Source: Octopus sinensis (Eukaryota). From it: DNA of 64,000 nt. A program made the translations under genes and the position numbers. Shown in pieces: positions 11,700-25,200 of the stretch. Every line of letters starts with the position of its first letter. Positions within the stretch are counted from its first letter, which is position 1. The notes below the pieces were generated by a model, which was not told the origin of the DNA, did no database searches, and saw only the letters and a list, made by a program, of their open reading frames with translations. The stretch is from NCBI RefSeq assembly GCF_006345805.1, contig NC_043008.1, forward strand, positions 77,686,001 through 77,750,000, given 5' to 3'.

Positions 11700-12500
11700 A
11701 CCATAGCAAGCAGTAGAAACACAATTCGATGAGAAACGTGGAGGCCTCCAGTTTTGAGTTCACTTTTTCCGATAGGAAAAGCTAGCTTCCGTCTAAGAAC
11801 GCCTTCTCAGTGTCATCATCTTAACTGAGTTGGCTTTATAAGAGTAGAGACGAGCTACTGCCATCTCTAGCAGACGAGGTGTCCAGTACTGGAGAAAGCC
11901 AGGAATAGCCCGAAACCAGACTGGTATGCTGCCCCCATCGCTAGAAAGTGGTAGAAGTTCGCTCCCTTGCTCGCAATATATCGGATGCAGATACGCGTCA
12001 TTAAGCAGCTAGAGAAGATGTCCTCTTGGGGTAAAAAAATGGCAATAGAGTCCGTTCGAACGGAACAGCCATGTTGAAGTGGCTACGCACATTACTTGCT
12101 AGTACATCTACTGCAATCATCTCTTAGAAAGGTTTTAGAATTAACTTCTTTGCTTTATGGAGATGTGTTGTGGAAAATGATTAATTCAACTTCATCAGTC
12201 ACTCTGTAGGAATGTATTCCACTGCTGCCAAATATGTGCTGTTTCACTTCTTGCCACTCCTCCCACTCTTTGTAGATATGATACTGTGGACAAATCTAAC
12301 AGTTGCGATATAAATACACACGGAACTCTACCGTCCCCTCTCCCAGCCATATCAGTTCTTGGAGTTCAACTAAGTTCAGTTTAGAAGTTGGTAGAGTATT
12401 CTTTACATTCTAGCCTTTTATCTTCTGTTTACGAATGTCTTCACAAACTGCACTGCGCTCATGAAGTTGTTACTTTCTTCACTCCCTATTATTGTTGGTC
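11700..12500 (-). pseudogene. Possible heavily degraded L1/Tx1 ORF2 C-terminal remnant
   Basis: Minus-strand translation LQELIWL..YLYRNC*ICP..E..HIF resembles a decayed CCHC region; weak. Confidence 0.3.
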
Positions 12501-13592
12501 GATCAGTTTTGAGACGATTCTCTTCGCATAATTCACATCACCATGAAATGGAGGAACACGATAAGCAGAAATGGTTTCTGATTGAGGTCAGAAGCTTTTA
12601 TAGTTAGTTAATACCATTAATCCCAGTATTAAACTGGAACTTTATTTCATCGACCCCACAGAGTTGAAAGACAAAGTTGATCTCGACTGGATTTAAATGA
12701 AAAAAGCTGGAAAAAGTGCCGTTAAGCATTTTGTCCGACACAACGATTCAGGCAGTTCGCCGCTTAAAAACGATTATTTCAAATTTTGTCACAATGCCAG
12801 CGATTGATTACGTCGACCTCAAAACTTCACTGTTACGTTTTTTTATTGATCTCGAAAGAGCGTAAGGTACAGTTGACCTCAGTGAGCAAAAGACCAATGT
12901 TTGTAAGAAAATAGTTCGATAGAAGGGATCAGTTCCTATATTACACTATTTGTGGAATCGATTCCGTATTGATAAAGAACGAAGTCGACTCTGAGGCAGT
13001 ATTATTACCCAGAATGCAATTTAAAGATATAAACCATATATCTGGGTTACTTCTTTAATGTGTCATAATATCAACATTTGATGAGTCTACTAACTCTTCA
13101 AATGTTGATATTATGGAGTGTTTTCACAATAAGACACCTGAGGACGACCGGGGAATATATCAAGTGAAACAATTACAGTCATTAGCAAGATTAATCGTTC
13201 AACCAATGTTTACCATTTTTCCAGTTACCAGTAGAAAACTATGATTGAGAATACCATCCAAGAAATTATTGACAACAAAGTAAACTCTCTGTACATTTAT
13301 ATTTACGTAAATATGTCTATTTGTCTCCATAAAATGAGCGCGCACGAGTGTTTGCGTGTGTATACGATTGTCTGTGAATGTGTGTTTACGTGTATTAATG
13401 TGTGTGTGCGTGCGCGCGTGTATGTCTATGTGTAAAATTGTGTGAGTTTGTGTAAGAATATGGAGCAATTTTAATTAGATTTTCATTTCGATATCTACAA
13501 GTATAGAATACTATGTTGTTAGCCAATAAATATGAATGCATGACTGCACACACACACACACACGCACTCTGTCTCTCTCTTTCTATCTCTCT

Positions 13593-13625
<33 letters not shown>

Positions 13626-14300
13626 GCATACACACACATACACTCACACAAAGGGGGAGACGAAGAGAAAAATTATTGATTAGAAAAAGTTGAAACTTTA
13701 TTAAATGAAAGAAATATTTCGGTCAAAGCTGCCAAAATATTCAAATAATGCCAATAAGTTAATCAGAAATCTCAAGTCACGGAAATTGATACTTTCGTGG
13801 AGCAAACGCAACAATAAATCAAAGAAACTGATATGAAATGGTAATTTGCGACTTCCGTTCATCTGCACCTATAAGACTGTCTACCTTTTAGTACTTTGTA
13901 TCTTAATCTGCTCCTCTGACAATGTCATTTGACACCAAACACACACATTCGCACATACACGTACGCATACACGCACATTGTAGTATAGAAAATGTAGTTG
14001 AAATAGTGAGTGTTATTCAGTCAATTCCAACGTGTATCACAGTACCAGTTAAAGAAAGCTAGAAATGAATGGTTTCTATATGCTAGCGTAGTGTTGTTTA
14101 ACCGCAGGTCAATCCTGATCCAGTAGACCTTTGCTCAAAGGAAGTTCCGGCTATATCCATTTTATCTTTTATTCAGATAATCTAAATGAATCTAAGTGTA
14201 GAGCCTTTTGTTTAGGGAAAATAAACCACAAATTGTCTGGTGGAGGAAAGTCAATGAAAAATGTGTTATAGATCACGAAACAAGTATTTTAGACATACAC

Positions 14301-14464
14301 AGGCGCAGGCGTGGGTGTGTGATAAGAAGCTTGCTTCCCAACCACATAGTCCAGAGTTCCGTCCCTCTGCGTAGCACCTTGGGCAAGTGTCTTCTATTAT
14401 AGCCTCAGGCTGACCAAAGCCTTGCTAGAGGATTTGGTAGACGGAAACTGAAAGAAGCCAGGGG

Positions 14465-14527
<63 letters not shown>

Positions 14528-14699
14528 TGTTTCCCCGCCATCACTTGACAACCGATGCTGGTGTGTTTATGTCGGCAAAGAGATCGATGGAATAAGTATT
14601 AGGCTTGGGGTCGATTTGTTGAACTAAAACACTTCAAGGCGGTGCTCCAGCATGACTGCAGTCAAATAACTGAAGCAAGTAAAAGAATAAAAGAATAAA
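14301..14699 (+). mobile_element. SINE family B (tRNA-like head, CORE-like CACCTTGGGCAAGTG, internal microsatellite)
   Basis: Homologous to inverted copies at 14899-15281 and 32389-32705. Confidence 0.8.
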
Positions 14700-14898
14700 C
14701 GCACGAACGCGCACGAGCCAAAGAGACACAGAGTGCAATTGGTGGCTGAACTAAGATGTAATATGTGTGTATTGTATCAATTCCACCACCAGTTTTAACA
14801 ATAATCCTCGAATGTTGTTGCCCTACCATGATAACCACAAAGAACAGCTTTATTACATCAGTAATACTCAGGGTATAAAGTCCCGTTTCAGCTTATAT

Positions 14899-15281
14899 AC
14901 TCTTTTACTTGTTTCAGTCATTTGACTGCAGCCATACTGGAGCACCGCCCTTAGTCGAGCAAATCAACCCCAGGACTTATTCTTTGGAAGCCTATTCTAT
15001 CGGTCACTTTTGCCGGACCGCTAAGTTACGGGGACGTAAACACACCAGCATCGGTTGTCAAGCGATGTTGGGGGGACAAACACAGACACACACACACATA
15101 TATATATACACATATACGATGGGCTTCTTTCAGTTTCCGTCTACCAAATCCACTTACAAGGCTTTGGTCGGCCCGAGGCTATAGTAGAAGACACTTGCCC
15201 AAGGTGCCACGCAGTGGGACTGAACCCAGAACCATGTGGTTGGTAAGCAAGCTACTTACCACACAGCCACTCCTGTGCCAT
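14899..15281 (-). mobile_element. SINE family B, full copy
   Basis: Reverse complement: GGCACAGGAGTGGCTGTGTGGTAAG..GGTTCAGTCCC..CACCTTGGGCAAGTG..tail GTAAAAGAG. Confidence 0.85.
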
Positions 15282-16981
15282 AAAATGTAAATATTTTATG
15301 TTTTGTTTTTGTTTTAATGGTTTAAATCAGACGAAGAAGAGCAGCGTTCAGGAACGACCCTATTCAGGCTCCCCAGGGTTGATGACACGTAACTATCCTT
15401 AGACAATAGACCTGACAAACGAAGTGGTCTCTGTTTGAGGAATACATGGACCAGGTGGAAATTTGGGCGACAGATTTAGTCCTCTAACTAATATTTAGAG
15501 TGTCTATGCAGCAATGTTTCCTATGTAACTGTACGTGTTTCTGTGTTTAGGAAAGATTTCGCCTCAGACAGAAATCGAACACGAAATAAAGTTAAAGTAT
15601 TTCAAACTTTATTGAATATCAGATGTTCGTGCAAGGGTGCACTGTCATTTTATTAACTTTAGAGGTTCCTTTTTCTCCTCTTGCTTTTAAAAATATATTT
15701 GACCTGTTTATGTAGCTAAGAGTTGAAAGCGTAATTTGCAAAATGTCTAGAGGATACGAGCTAACGATTAAAATATTTTAAGATGACTCATGTATTGAAT
15801 AATAGTTGTTGAACAGATTTATTTTCAGTTATTAGCTATTAACCGACCTTGCGTCATCAAATGATGGTCAACCGTTGCAAAAGCTGTCAGATCAAATGTC
15901 GTCAGTGTCTTTTAAAAGCAAAATTAAAAAAAGAAAAGCCTTTTCCGCTATTTACATATTTCTTAAAGAAATTACAGAACAATGAAATGGCAATCAATGA
16001 GATGTAGGTCTACACTACCTGCTTAATGACGTACTCTTAATTTAAAAGCAAAGCACTTAATTACTGTATATAATTAATACTGCATTTGACATATTTCGAT
16101 AAGAAGTAACTAGAGTTTCATGCCACTTGATTGAAAGTTTAAAATTTGAGGGTTCTAAAGTTTATTTTTATTAAATTACTTAGCTTAATTAGGTTATTGG
16201 GGAAATTTTAACTGTAGAAAGTAAAGGTGCAACGATATGAAACAATAACTATAAATATTTTAGTTTCTGTAATACTAAATTTTAATTTAGCTGTAAATGT
16301 CAATGGTAAAGAAGAAATTATTTGCCCTGTTGACCTCTGGAGCGCCCCTTTTTAGTTTTTCGATTTAGTTGAAATCCATCAATATTATGCTTTTCACAAT
16401 TGTTGATTTTCTTTGTTTTTCATTCTACTGGTTAAATTTATCCTTTTATGCTATCTAAACGGCAATAATTAATAGACTGAACAAGGTTTCTAACAGCTCA
16501 GTGGTGAAACAATGCAGGCATATTTTGATGAAACTCGGTGTAAAAATAGAACAATATTTTCTCTTGATTTATTAGCCTTTACTTTCTAGTCACACTGCCA
16601 CGTAGCTTTGTACTGTCTCCCATATGTATTATTGTAACACTAGCGACACTAAATTTTTATCTAATTGAACACATCTGACATGGCTCGATTTTAAGAAGAC
16701 GATCTAACGTGCAAAATCTTTCTATTGTCAGAATAAGTCAAAAATTTGTGTTGGATAAAATTTTAATATAATCTAAAGAAATACGTTTAACACAATAATT
16801 ATGGATAATAGTTGCGAGAGAAGCTGAGAAAAGATATGGCTCTTTAATGGCACCTTATCTCAGACAAAATAATTCTCACCAACAATATACATATATTGCG
16901 CTAGGAACATAAGCAAATAAGTAAGAAGCCACTCACTGGATGATAGACACGAAAATAGTCATTGTGTATAATTAAGATTAT

Positions 16982-17251
16982 CTCTACAGATTTTCTTTAG
17001 AAATTATAGATAGCACTGAGTTTGTTACGGCATTTTGTATCCAAGGCATATCCAAGACGTCAGATGCAAACAAATAAAGAGATCGAAGATGAAAAAGATG
17101 CTAATGGGCATACATGTCATATTTCAGGAGTTTTTGCTCCTTCATCAGCACTCTTCTAACCCATTAATCATCTACAAATTCATTGCTTAAATAACAACAA
17201 AATCGTTACAAAATCAGTGCTGTCTATAATTTCTAAAGAAAATCTGTAGAG
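16982..17251 (-). other. Inverted-repeat-bounded element carrying a type I hammerhead ribozyme motif
   Basis: 48 bp IRs at 16982-17029 and 17204-17251; minus strand reads CTGATGA-AGGAG(caaaaa)CTCCT-GAAA-TATGACATG-TA. Confidence 0.65.
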
Positions 17252-18024
17252 CTGACATTAACACGTGATTTAAGTGCACTGCTAACACAGTAGGACACGG
17301 TATTGACTTATAAAAAACATTTAATGTACTTTATAGCATGTTATGGTTGCATAACGAAATACCTTGTTCATACAAGTCATTGTGTATATTGAGGTTAGTG
17401 AAAAATTATATAGAGATTTAGTAATATCTCTTTTCTTTTTCTTATTTAAAAAAAATAAAGCAGCACCCAACTAAATGTTTTTCTACGTAGCATAAGACTG
17501 GATTTCAGAAATATTAATTAAATTAGAAAAAAACATTCTAATTCACTGTATGGTAATTTACAATAATGATATATGTTAATTTATATTTTAAAGCAGTTTT
17601 GATACATTTATAGAAAGAAAAGTAATAAAATTTTTACTGGCATTTAATTTAAATCAGTATGACTCAATTTAAAGATAATACTTTCATTTAAAGATAATCT
17701 GCAATAATAGAATTAAGACTGATGTTATTACTACCGCCGTTTCTTATAACACGCCCTATCTATAAACATGGAATATCTCAGAGGAATATATATATAAAAT
17801 TCCACTCTTTGAAAAGAAGAAAATATTTCCTAATGAATTCAAATTAATTTATGAAGTTGGTTCCGATGTATGAGGCATATGGGGCCTCCTTAGGGGTTGT
17901 GAAGGCTACCCATGTAGGAGAAGGAAAACCCTGATATAAAACCAAGTTTGCTGTGCACCATCAGCATCTACTTAGCGGCAAAGAGAACGATACAAATGTT
18001 GGTTTAGAAATGAAGCACTTCAGT

Positions 18025-18527
18025 GTCAGTGCGCAACACTTCAAAACAAAGAGACTCGAGAGTTCAAATGTCAGAAGTTATTCAGGACATTTGCCAAAGG
18101 AATACTAGAAATCTAAATGAATTAGCACATAAATTGGCGCAGCCATCTCACATAGGTATGAGGTCATGCAAACGGGTATTCAGAAATGTAAAGCTGAAGC
18201 ACTGTAAGCAAAAATTTGCAAACCACCACGTTCTCCTGATCATTCAGTGTGTGATTATTATCTCTTTAGACACCTTAAGATTGCACGAAAAAATTTGCAC
18301 GTAATACAGGAACTGAAGGACAATATCACGCATGCGTTCACTGCCATCGATGTCACTATTTTACACCGGATGCACCTAAACATGATTAGACGCGCACAGC
18401 TGTGTATTGATGCAGCAGTGAATCGTTTTCAAAATCTACGATGGTGAGTTCTTTCGAGCACTTGTAAATATATTTCTGTATTTACACTATGTTACAGAAG
18501 TCGGGCTACATTTTTGTGTGTCACCGA
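18025..18527 (+). mobile_element. Tc1-like transposase 3' remnant
   Basis: PPRSPDHSVCDYYLFRHLK..QELKDNITHAFTAI..RRAQLCIDA. Confidence 0.75.
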
Positions 18528-19248
18528 GACAGTTTTTAAAAATACATAGCTAAAGACGTCTCCAAACGTTCAAAATTACTGAACGTCATGAGTGAAAAAG
18601 ATTTTATTAGTACTTAAATGTAAATTATTTAGTTTATAGAAAATGAGTTTTCATTGAGTATTTTCAATCATTGCTACAACATGTCGTGGTTTAGAATCTC
18701 TGAAATTTAATGTATATTATTTGGCATTTCATGTAGTAAATGTAATTCTGTAATGATACAGTTAATGATAATCGCTGTTATTGAAATGCTAGCCATACTT
18801 TCAGATCAATGATGGCAACTACAAGCCACCAGCTTTCCTCATATTTACAATGGTGATTTCACATAACTGGCAAAATGTTGCAGGGTCAAGTCCTGTAGCG
18901 TGGCGCCTTCTAAAAGATCAGAAGCGTCATTCCTTCCATAGTTTCTCGTAACATGATTAGCCTCCGTTGCTAGGAATTCTCCAAAAAACCCTTCATACAT
19001 TGTCAGCTTAATTGATATATTTAACCTGGTTTAAAATATGTCAATCATTGTACTAACAATTTCCTCAAGTTTATGAGTGCGCGTCTATCTGTGCGTGTGA
19101 GTGTATGTATAATATACACAACAACAACACACATACACACACGCACGCACAAATAAACATATTTATTCAATCACTCACACACACACACACGCATTTCGTT
19201 GAGTTTCAAGTAGCAGATTTGTGTCTGGTATGCAACACCTCAACTTAC

Positions 19249-19434
19249 GAGTGAATAGGTGATTTTTGTCTTTCGCTGGCAGACACTGCCTGTCACCACC
19301 ACCACCACCACTACCATTGCTACTGCAACTACTACAGAGGAGGAGGAGGTGATGGAGGAGATGGAGGAGGGGCAAGAGGAAGAGGAATGCTGATTGCTGA
19401 TTTTAATGTAGTATTATAGTTCAGTAATTCAACT
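19249..19434 (-). other. Candidate host exon (probably 5' UTR)
   Basis: Pyrimidine-rich acceptor CCTTCTCCAG| and donor CTC|GTAAGT on the minus strand. Confidence 0.2.
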
Positions 19435-19492
19435 CTGGAGAAGGTATCTAGGAAGAATGTATGTGCGTGTGTGTGCGCTTGTATACTTGTAT

Positions 19493-19552
<60 letters not shown>

Positions 19553-20654
19553 GAAAGAGAAAGGGAGAAATAATTATGTGTCCAGTTTCTTATTATTACT
19601 AATTTTTCTGGTGTTTTGATAATGACTTGTTCTTTAAACCTAAGGAGAATAGTTGTTTATAGAGTAAAACGAAAGATATGTTCGAACTAATATATTTCAT
19701 CGAGTTCCTATCATCATAATACTACTGTTTCTTAAGTCTTTCATCTAGTCTGTACAGATACAGAAGCATGAAGATTTGATTAATGTGAAGTATTTAGCTT
19801 GTTACTTTACTCTCGTAATGTGTGCTTATATTTCTTCACTAATTCTAATCGGCCACTTCAGCTCACCATGTGATCGCTGACTTAATCTCCATCTAATGAT
19901 CTCTGACTTTATCGTTACTAAATCTAAGTTGAATCGTAAAATAAGGTTTAAGGCGATGATCTTTTATTTTACTGTTAAATGCTTATCCGTATGGGGTGAA
20001 ATACAGATTAATAGAGAAACCAATATGATTTAAGTTGGTTTCTATCAGTAAAACATTTATCATAATGTAACTTGGGGAGGATAACACCCTGTGATCTAAT
20101 CGCTTCAACATCTCAAGACTTGTTCTCTTTCTGATCCATGTTCGCGTAAACTGTTTATAACATTTATGCTAAAATCTTGCTTGTAAACTTATAATTCTAT
20201 ACCTGTATACAAATTTGTTTATGCATTTTATATACACTTTCCTACTGAGATACCTAGTTAAATTTTTACCGGACATACTTAGTTATTCTAAGACAAATTA
20301 GCTCTTCAGTTTTGTAATAAATGGGTGTAAAATGGAATGCCTCACAACACTGTAGAGAGAATTAACATCTAATAAAAAATTTACTGAAAGTCGACCTATT
20401 TTTCAGAATTATCATCGTAAACAGTGACGTGTTCTGTAATTAGAGTCGTGTTTTCATTTTTATTCCGGTCTGAGGAACGATAAAGAAAACCTTGGTAAAT
20501 ACCCGGTGTCCATGGCAACTCTAGGTCTTAGATAACTGATAAACTCCAGCCAAACGATATCTAATTGTTATCTGACTGTTATCATGTTTTGACATCAAAC
20601 TAAAATGTTGCAATCTTTATCAAGAATTGCTATAACATAATTCATTTATATATT

Positions 20655-20870
20655 ATATAAAGCCGGCGGATTTGTTAGCACACCCGATGAAATGTTTAGC
20701 GGCATTTCGTCCGTCTTTACATTCAGATTTCTAATTCGGTCGAAGACGACTTTGCTTTTCATCCTTTCGGGGTCGATCAAGTAAGTATCATTTGAGCATT
20801 GGGGTTGATGTAATCGACTAGTTCTTTTCCCCAATGTTTCAGTCCTTGTGACTATAATAAAAAGGATTTG
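20655..20870 (+). mobile_element. SINE family A copy
   Basis: AAGCCGGCGGATTTGTTAGCAC..CTTTTCATCCTTTCGGGGTCGAT. Confidence 0.75.
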
Positions 20871-21399
20871 TATATCATATAGTCATAAAATCAAATTTGC
20901 TAAAAAAAAAAAAATGATTAAAATAACTTACGATCAATTTGTAATTAAGGAAAGTGATACAAGAGCCAGTTTGCTGCACAAGCTGAACTGACAAGATGGC
21001 AGAGCATTTTTTTATAATTTAATTTCAACTTTATATAGCTGGAATCAATAGTCACTTTCATACTAGAAGTACAATGAGGAATACCATTCAAAATCTAGAA
21101 GATTTAAAGTAAATATTTGTCAAGGAACTACATGAAATTTTCTATCACTACTACTATACTATGTGAATCCAAATTATTGCTGTTACTTCTGTCGCTAATG
21201 TATTATAGGTAGAAGAGAGAACAATTACAGAAGTTGAAGTAGAGTGGAAGGAGAAAAATATTATGGAGGGCGAAAACAGGTATGGTGAGGAATATCTGTG
21301 TGTGTATGTATGTGTGTGATATCTATATGATGCTGTTTAAGAACAGTTACTAACAATGCTGATCATTACTAGCGTCTGTCAGAACTGCGTCGTATAGCT

Positions 21400-22200
21400 C
21401 CTTTTCTTCCTGCTCTTAATTAAGTTTGTAATAAATGGGCTCACTGCAGGACTGTGTGAAGGCAAATATAAAAGCTTTGTGACCAGGCCTTTGCTGATGA
21501 CATCACACTGGTGGTAGAAGCATGAGATGAGCTGAATGAAAACGCACATGAAAGACCGAATTAGCTGTGAAAAAGGTCAACGGGATGCAGATTACTTCCA
21601 CGCTTAATCTTCCATATTCATCAAACAGCAAACTGTGAAAGAAATGGATAATTTCTCCACCAGAGCAGGCAATTCGATCAGTGGTAAATGAAGCATAAAA
21701 TCGATGTAAATAGCAGAATTTGACAGCATATGCGCCAAATCTAAGCAACGGCTAGTGTCAAGAACATTCGGCGATATAGTGCAATAGTTCAACCAACAGT
21801 TCAGTATGCGAGTAAAACACGGAAAATATCATTGAAGGGGATCAAGAAGCTGAACAGTTCCACTGACGATGTCTACGGACGACCTTCAAAATCACATGAA
21901 GAGAAAGTATTACCAAAGAGAAAATCCTGTGAAGTATTTTCTACAAAATTCTTCTACAAAACATCATGATACTGCCTTAGTTTCACCTGATAGGTGACAC
22001 TTTGAATCTGGCAGCTATTTGGCATACAAAGACGGCAATGACATGGACAGTGAATAAAGGAAAGCGAGGAAAGGACCGGTGTAAGAAACTTGGTGCCGGA
22101 TACTTCCGGAGCTCCTCAAATGCACAAGGATCTGTCGGACAGGAACAGTAAGAATTGTAGCAGATCAATCACATTAGATGAAGTTTTCAGTCACATGCTC
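21400..22200 (+). pseudogene. Degraded non-LTR retrotransposon RT remnant
   Basis: AFADDITLV motif at ~21488-21514; weak Cys/His remnant near 22080-22200. Confidence 0.45.
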
Positions 22201-22271
22201 CTCAACACAAGACGCCATAAGACTAACAGACACACACACACGCACACACACACATACATACACACACACAT

Positions 22272-22314
<43 letters not shown>

Positions 22315-22564
22315 CCAAACGAGGGGAAATTTAAGCTCATCCACATCGATGATTTAGAGAAGAGGATGTAATTAACTAGTTCTGCTCGCTCCTTCGGGAG
22401 AGCCTCTAGTATCTATATAATCTGCTTGTTCGTTTGTTACTTTAGCTGGTTAGAAGATGAAAATGAAGTGAGTGCGAGGTGGAATAAAAGTGAGAAAGAG
22501 GGGAGGAATGTGAGTGGAGAAGAACAAAGAGAAAAGTATAATACGCAAAGGCTAAATGTATTAC

Positions 22565-23300
22565 CTGGTTAGTTGAAGGGAGATGTGAAGAGCGATAGAA
22601 AAAGACAGTAAGAGAAAGAAGGAAAGAGAAGTGTTAATGGCGTACGGTAGCCTGGGGAGGGAACGGTAAAAAGGAAGAGATATGTTTAGGATACAATATT
22701 TAGTAGAGAGTGATGTTCTGATGGTGAGGTAAAAGAAAAGTAGATAGAGGGAGATGGTCAGTGGAAGCAGTTACATTACGAGAGAGAGAGAGGGGTAGAT
22801 AGCATTTGTATTGTCAGAGTAGAAATACAATGACAGCAAGGAAGATTAGATATAAACAAACAACTGAACTGAAACGAAATGAAATGAGCTTTGTTTACTG
22901 AAAGCTATAGTAATGATGATGGTGGTAGTGGTGGTGATGGTGTGCTGATAGTGAAAAATATTTTTGTTATTGAACTAGATCCGTAGTATTATTATTGTAC
23001 TTGTTTGTAGAAGAATAATGTTATAGTTTGTTAGAGAGGAGGAGGAGGAGAAGGGGCAGTGAGTGAGAGAGAGGGGAAGAAGGAACGTGAGAGTGAGTGA
23101 AAGAGCAGATAGCCAGCCGATGCATTATGCTGTTACTAATGTGGTTAGTCGAAGTGAGAGGTGAGGAGAAAGAGGAGAATTTTAAAGACAAGAAGCGGGG
23201 AATTACATGGTTAAAAAGTTTGTTGAAAAGATAGAGAGAAAGAGAGAAATATAAAGGGCTTAGCTGGAGGGAAAATTAATAATATAATATATTATTGTGA
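22565..23300 (-). other. Candidate non-coding first exon of a minus-strand host gene
   Basis: Non-repeat, strongly pyrimidine-rich minus strand ending in donor CAG|GTAATA (intron would start at 22564); upstream boundary uncertain. Confidence 0.25.
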
Positions 23301-23419
23301 CTGGAAGTAAAATAACTTAGCAAAATAAAAATTAAAATGCGAATCGTACTTCCTTTCTTAAATAGCTTCTATTAATCTTTTTTGTTTTGTCGAATATCCA
23401 CGGGTCCCACTAGTCGTCA

Positions 23420-23990
23420 AATATCAGTGACTCAGGTATAATTGTGAACAGCAACCTAAGCTGGAGTGCACACATCAACAATATAGACGATGTGGCTTAC
23501 AAAACAAGTTCTTAGAAATTTCCAGTCTACGTATCATGATGCCATCATCCTTCTATCCTATACTTTTGATTGATTTCACTTTGAATGATGTTGTCCATTC
23601 TGGTTTCCTTATATAATACAATCCATTATGACTACTGAAGCAATCCAAAGGTCATTTACTAAAATACACGCATAAATAAATAACGTGAAGGGCCTTGATT
23701 AATGGGATTTGTTAAAAGAACACTTTATTCTGTCTAATCCACCGAGAGCGATACATCATTTGTTCAACAAGGGGAATTTTCCATCAACATGCTCCAAATG
23801 ATGCCACCCAAGGCTTGGATCCTATTCCATTCACTCCATCCTACAAAACTCGAGTTCACATTCCATAAAAACACTGCGACTCTTTTTTTTTTTTTTGTAT
23901 CTCAGATGATCTTGCTATATACACATTATCCCGAATGAAATTATAACAGAATACCTTATAACTCTCAAACAATACTTGGACAAATTCTTT
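23420..23990 (+). pseudogene. CR1/L2-group LINE 3' remnant
   Basis: DSGIIVNSNLSWSAHINNI, matching the CR1-type DLG..D..L.W..HI motif. Confidence 0.6.
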
Positions 23991-24598
23991 TAAGAAAAAC
24001 CAGAACTCCCGACATATGGATAAACTTTGTCCAACAGTAGCTCCAACTCAAGTAGGCAATAGCGCCTCAAAATATGACTTACAGCTTCACTTGATGACGA
24101 TGCTAAGCTAGACAAGACATAATGACGGTAATTAATCTTAGGTTTTCGTATATAGATAGATAGAAAGCTAGATAGATAAAGAGAGAGAGAGAGAGAGAGA
24201 GAGAGACAATATGTGTGTGCACGGGCTTTTCGATATGTCATCTAGTCATGTGCAGTTTTTTACACGTCTAACCAAGTTAATAAAAGACATATTAGTTAAC
24301 TCTCTTAAATGTCCTAACATAGGATAACGATTCAAATTGTCCATTCTTCAGTTACTAGACACATGACTTAAGTGTTTTTATTAAAATAACTCAATTTCGC
24401 TTGTGGCGATAACTCCATCCCTATAAATTTACTTTAACAAGATCTCTCACGTCTGGGGTGAGGGCCGTAAAGGCTATGGTTTTGGCTTTCCTACTCATTA
24501 AGCAATTCATATTAAATACTTATTTCGATATTTGAGAACTCTCTGCAAACATTTTCATTGCAGACCTATTGTTTCACTGATAAGTATGCAATGAGAAT

Positions 24599-24874
24599 TT
24601 ACATTATTTACATTTTTTACATTTGACGGATATTTGTCCTCATCTTCTTTGTTAACATGTTTCGGCTGATATACCCTCCAGCCTTCTTCAGGTGTCTTGG
24701 GGAAATTTCGAACCTGGGTTCTCATTCCTAAGGTATTTTTCGATGTTGTTGTTATTATTATTCTTATTATTCTTATTCTTATTCTTCTTATTATTATCAT
24801 TATCCTCATCATCATCATCATCATTATAATTATTATCATCATCATCATCATTATTATTATTATTATCATTATTA

Positions 24875-24919
<45 letters not shown>

Positions 24920-24922
24920 CAT

Positions 24923-24982
<60 letters not shown>

Positions 24983-24991
24983 TATAATAAT

Positions 24992-25037
<46 letters not shown>

Positions 25038-25200
25038 TCGAAAAATACTTTAGGAATGAGAACCCAAGTTCGAAATTTCCCAAGACACCCGATGAAGGCT
25101 GGAGGGTATATCAGCCGAATCGTTGTGTTAAGAGCAAACAAGATGAGGACAAATATCCGTCAAATGTAAATAATGTAAATAATGTATATAATTCTTCATA
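24599..25200. repeat. Head-to-head pair of HHR-bearing short repeats (family H1) around an (ATT)n/(AAT)n centre
   Basis: Arms 24599-24747 and 25034-25186 are reverse complements; HHR-like motifs at 24653-24696 (-) and 25084-25129 (+), both with lesions. Confidence 0.8.

Noticed and set aside
13130-13180. GACAC-CTGAGGA...GAAAC HHR-like trace
   Set aside because: Core one base short, helix II unpaired, no cleavage site; at best a relic
15860-16130. Cluster of CRE/ATF-like half sites in repeat-poor DNA
   Set aside because: Short motifs are expected by chance; no independent support
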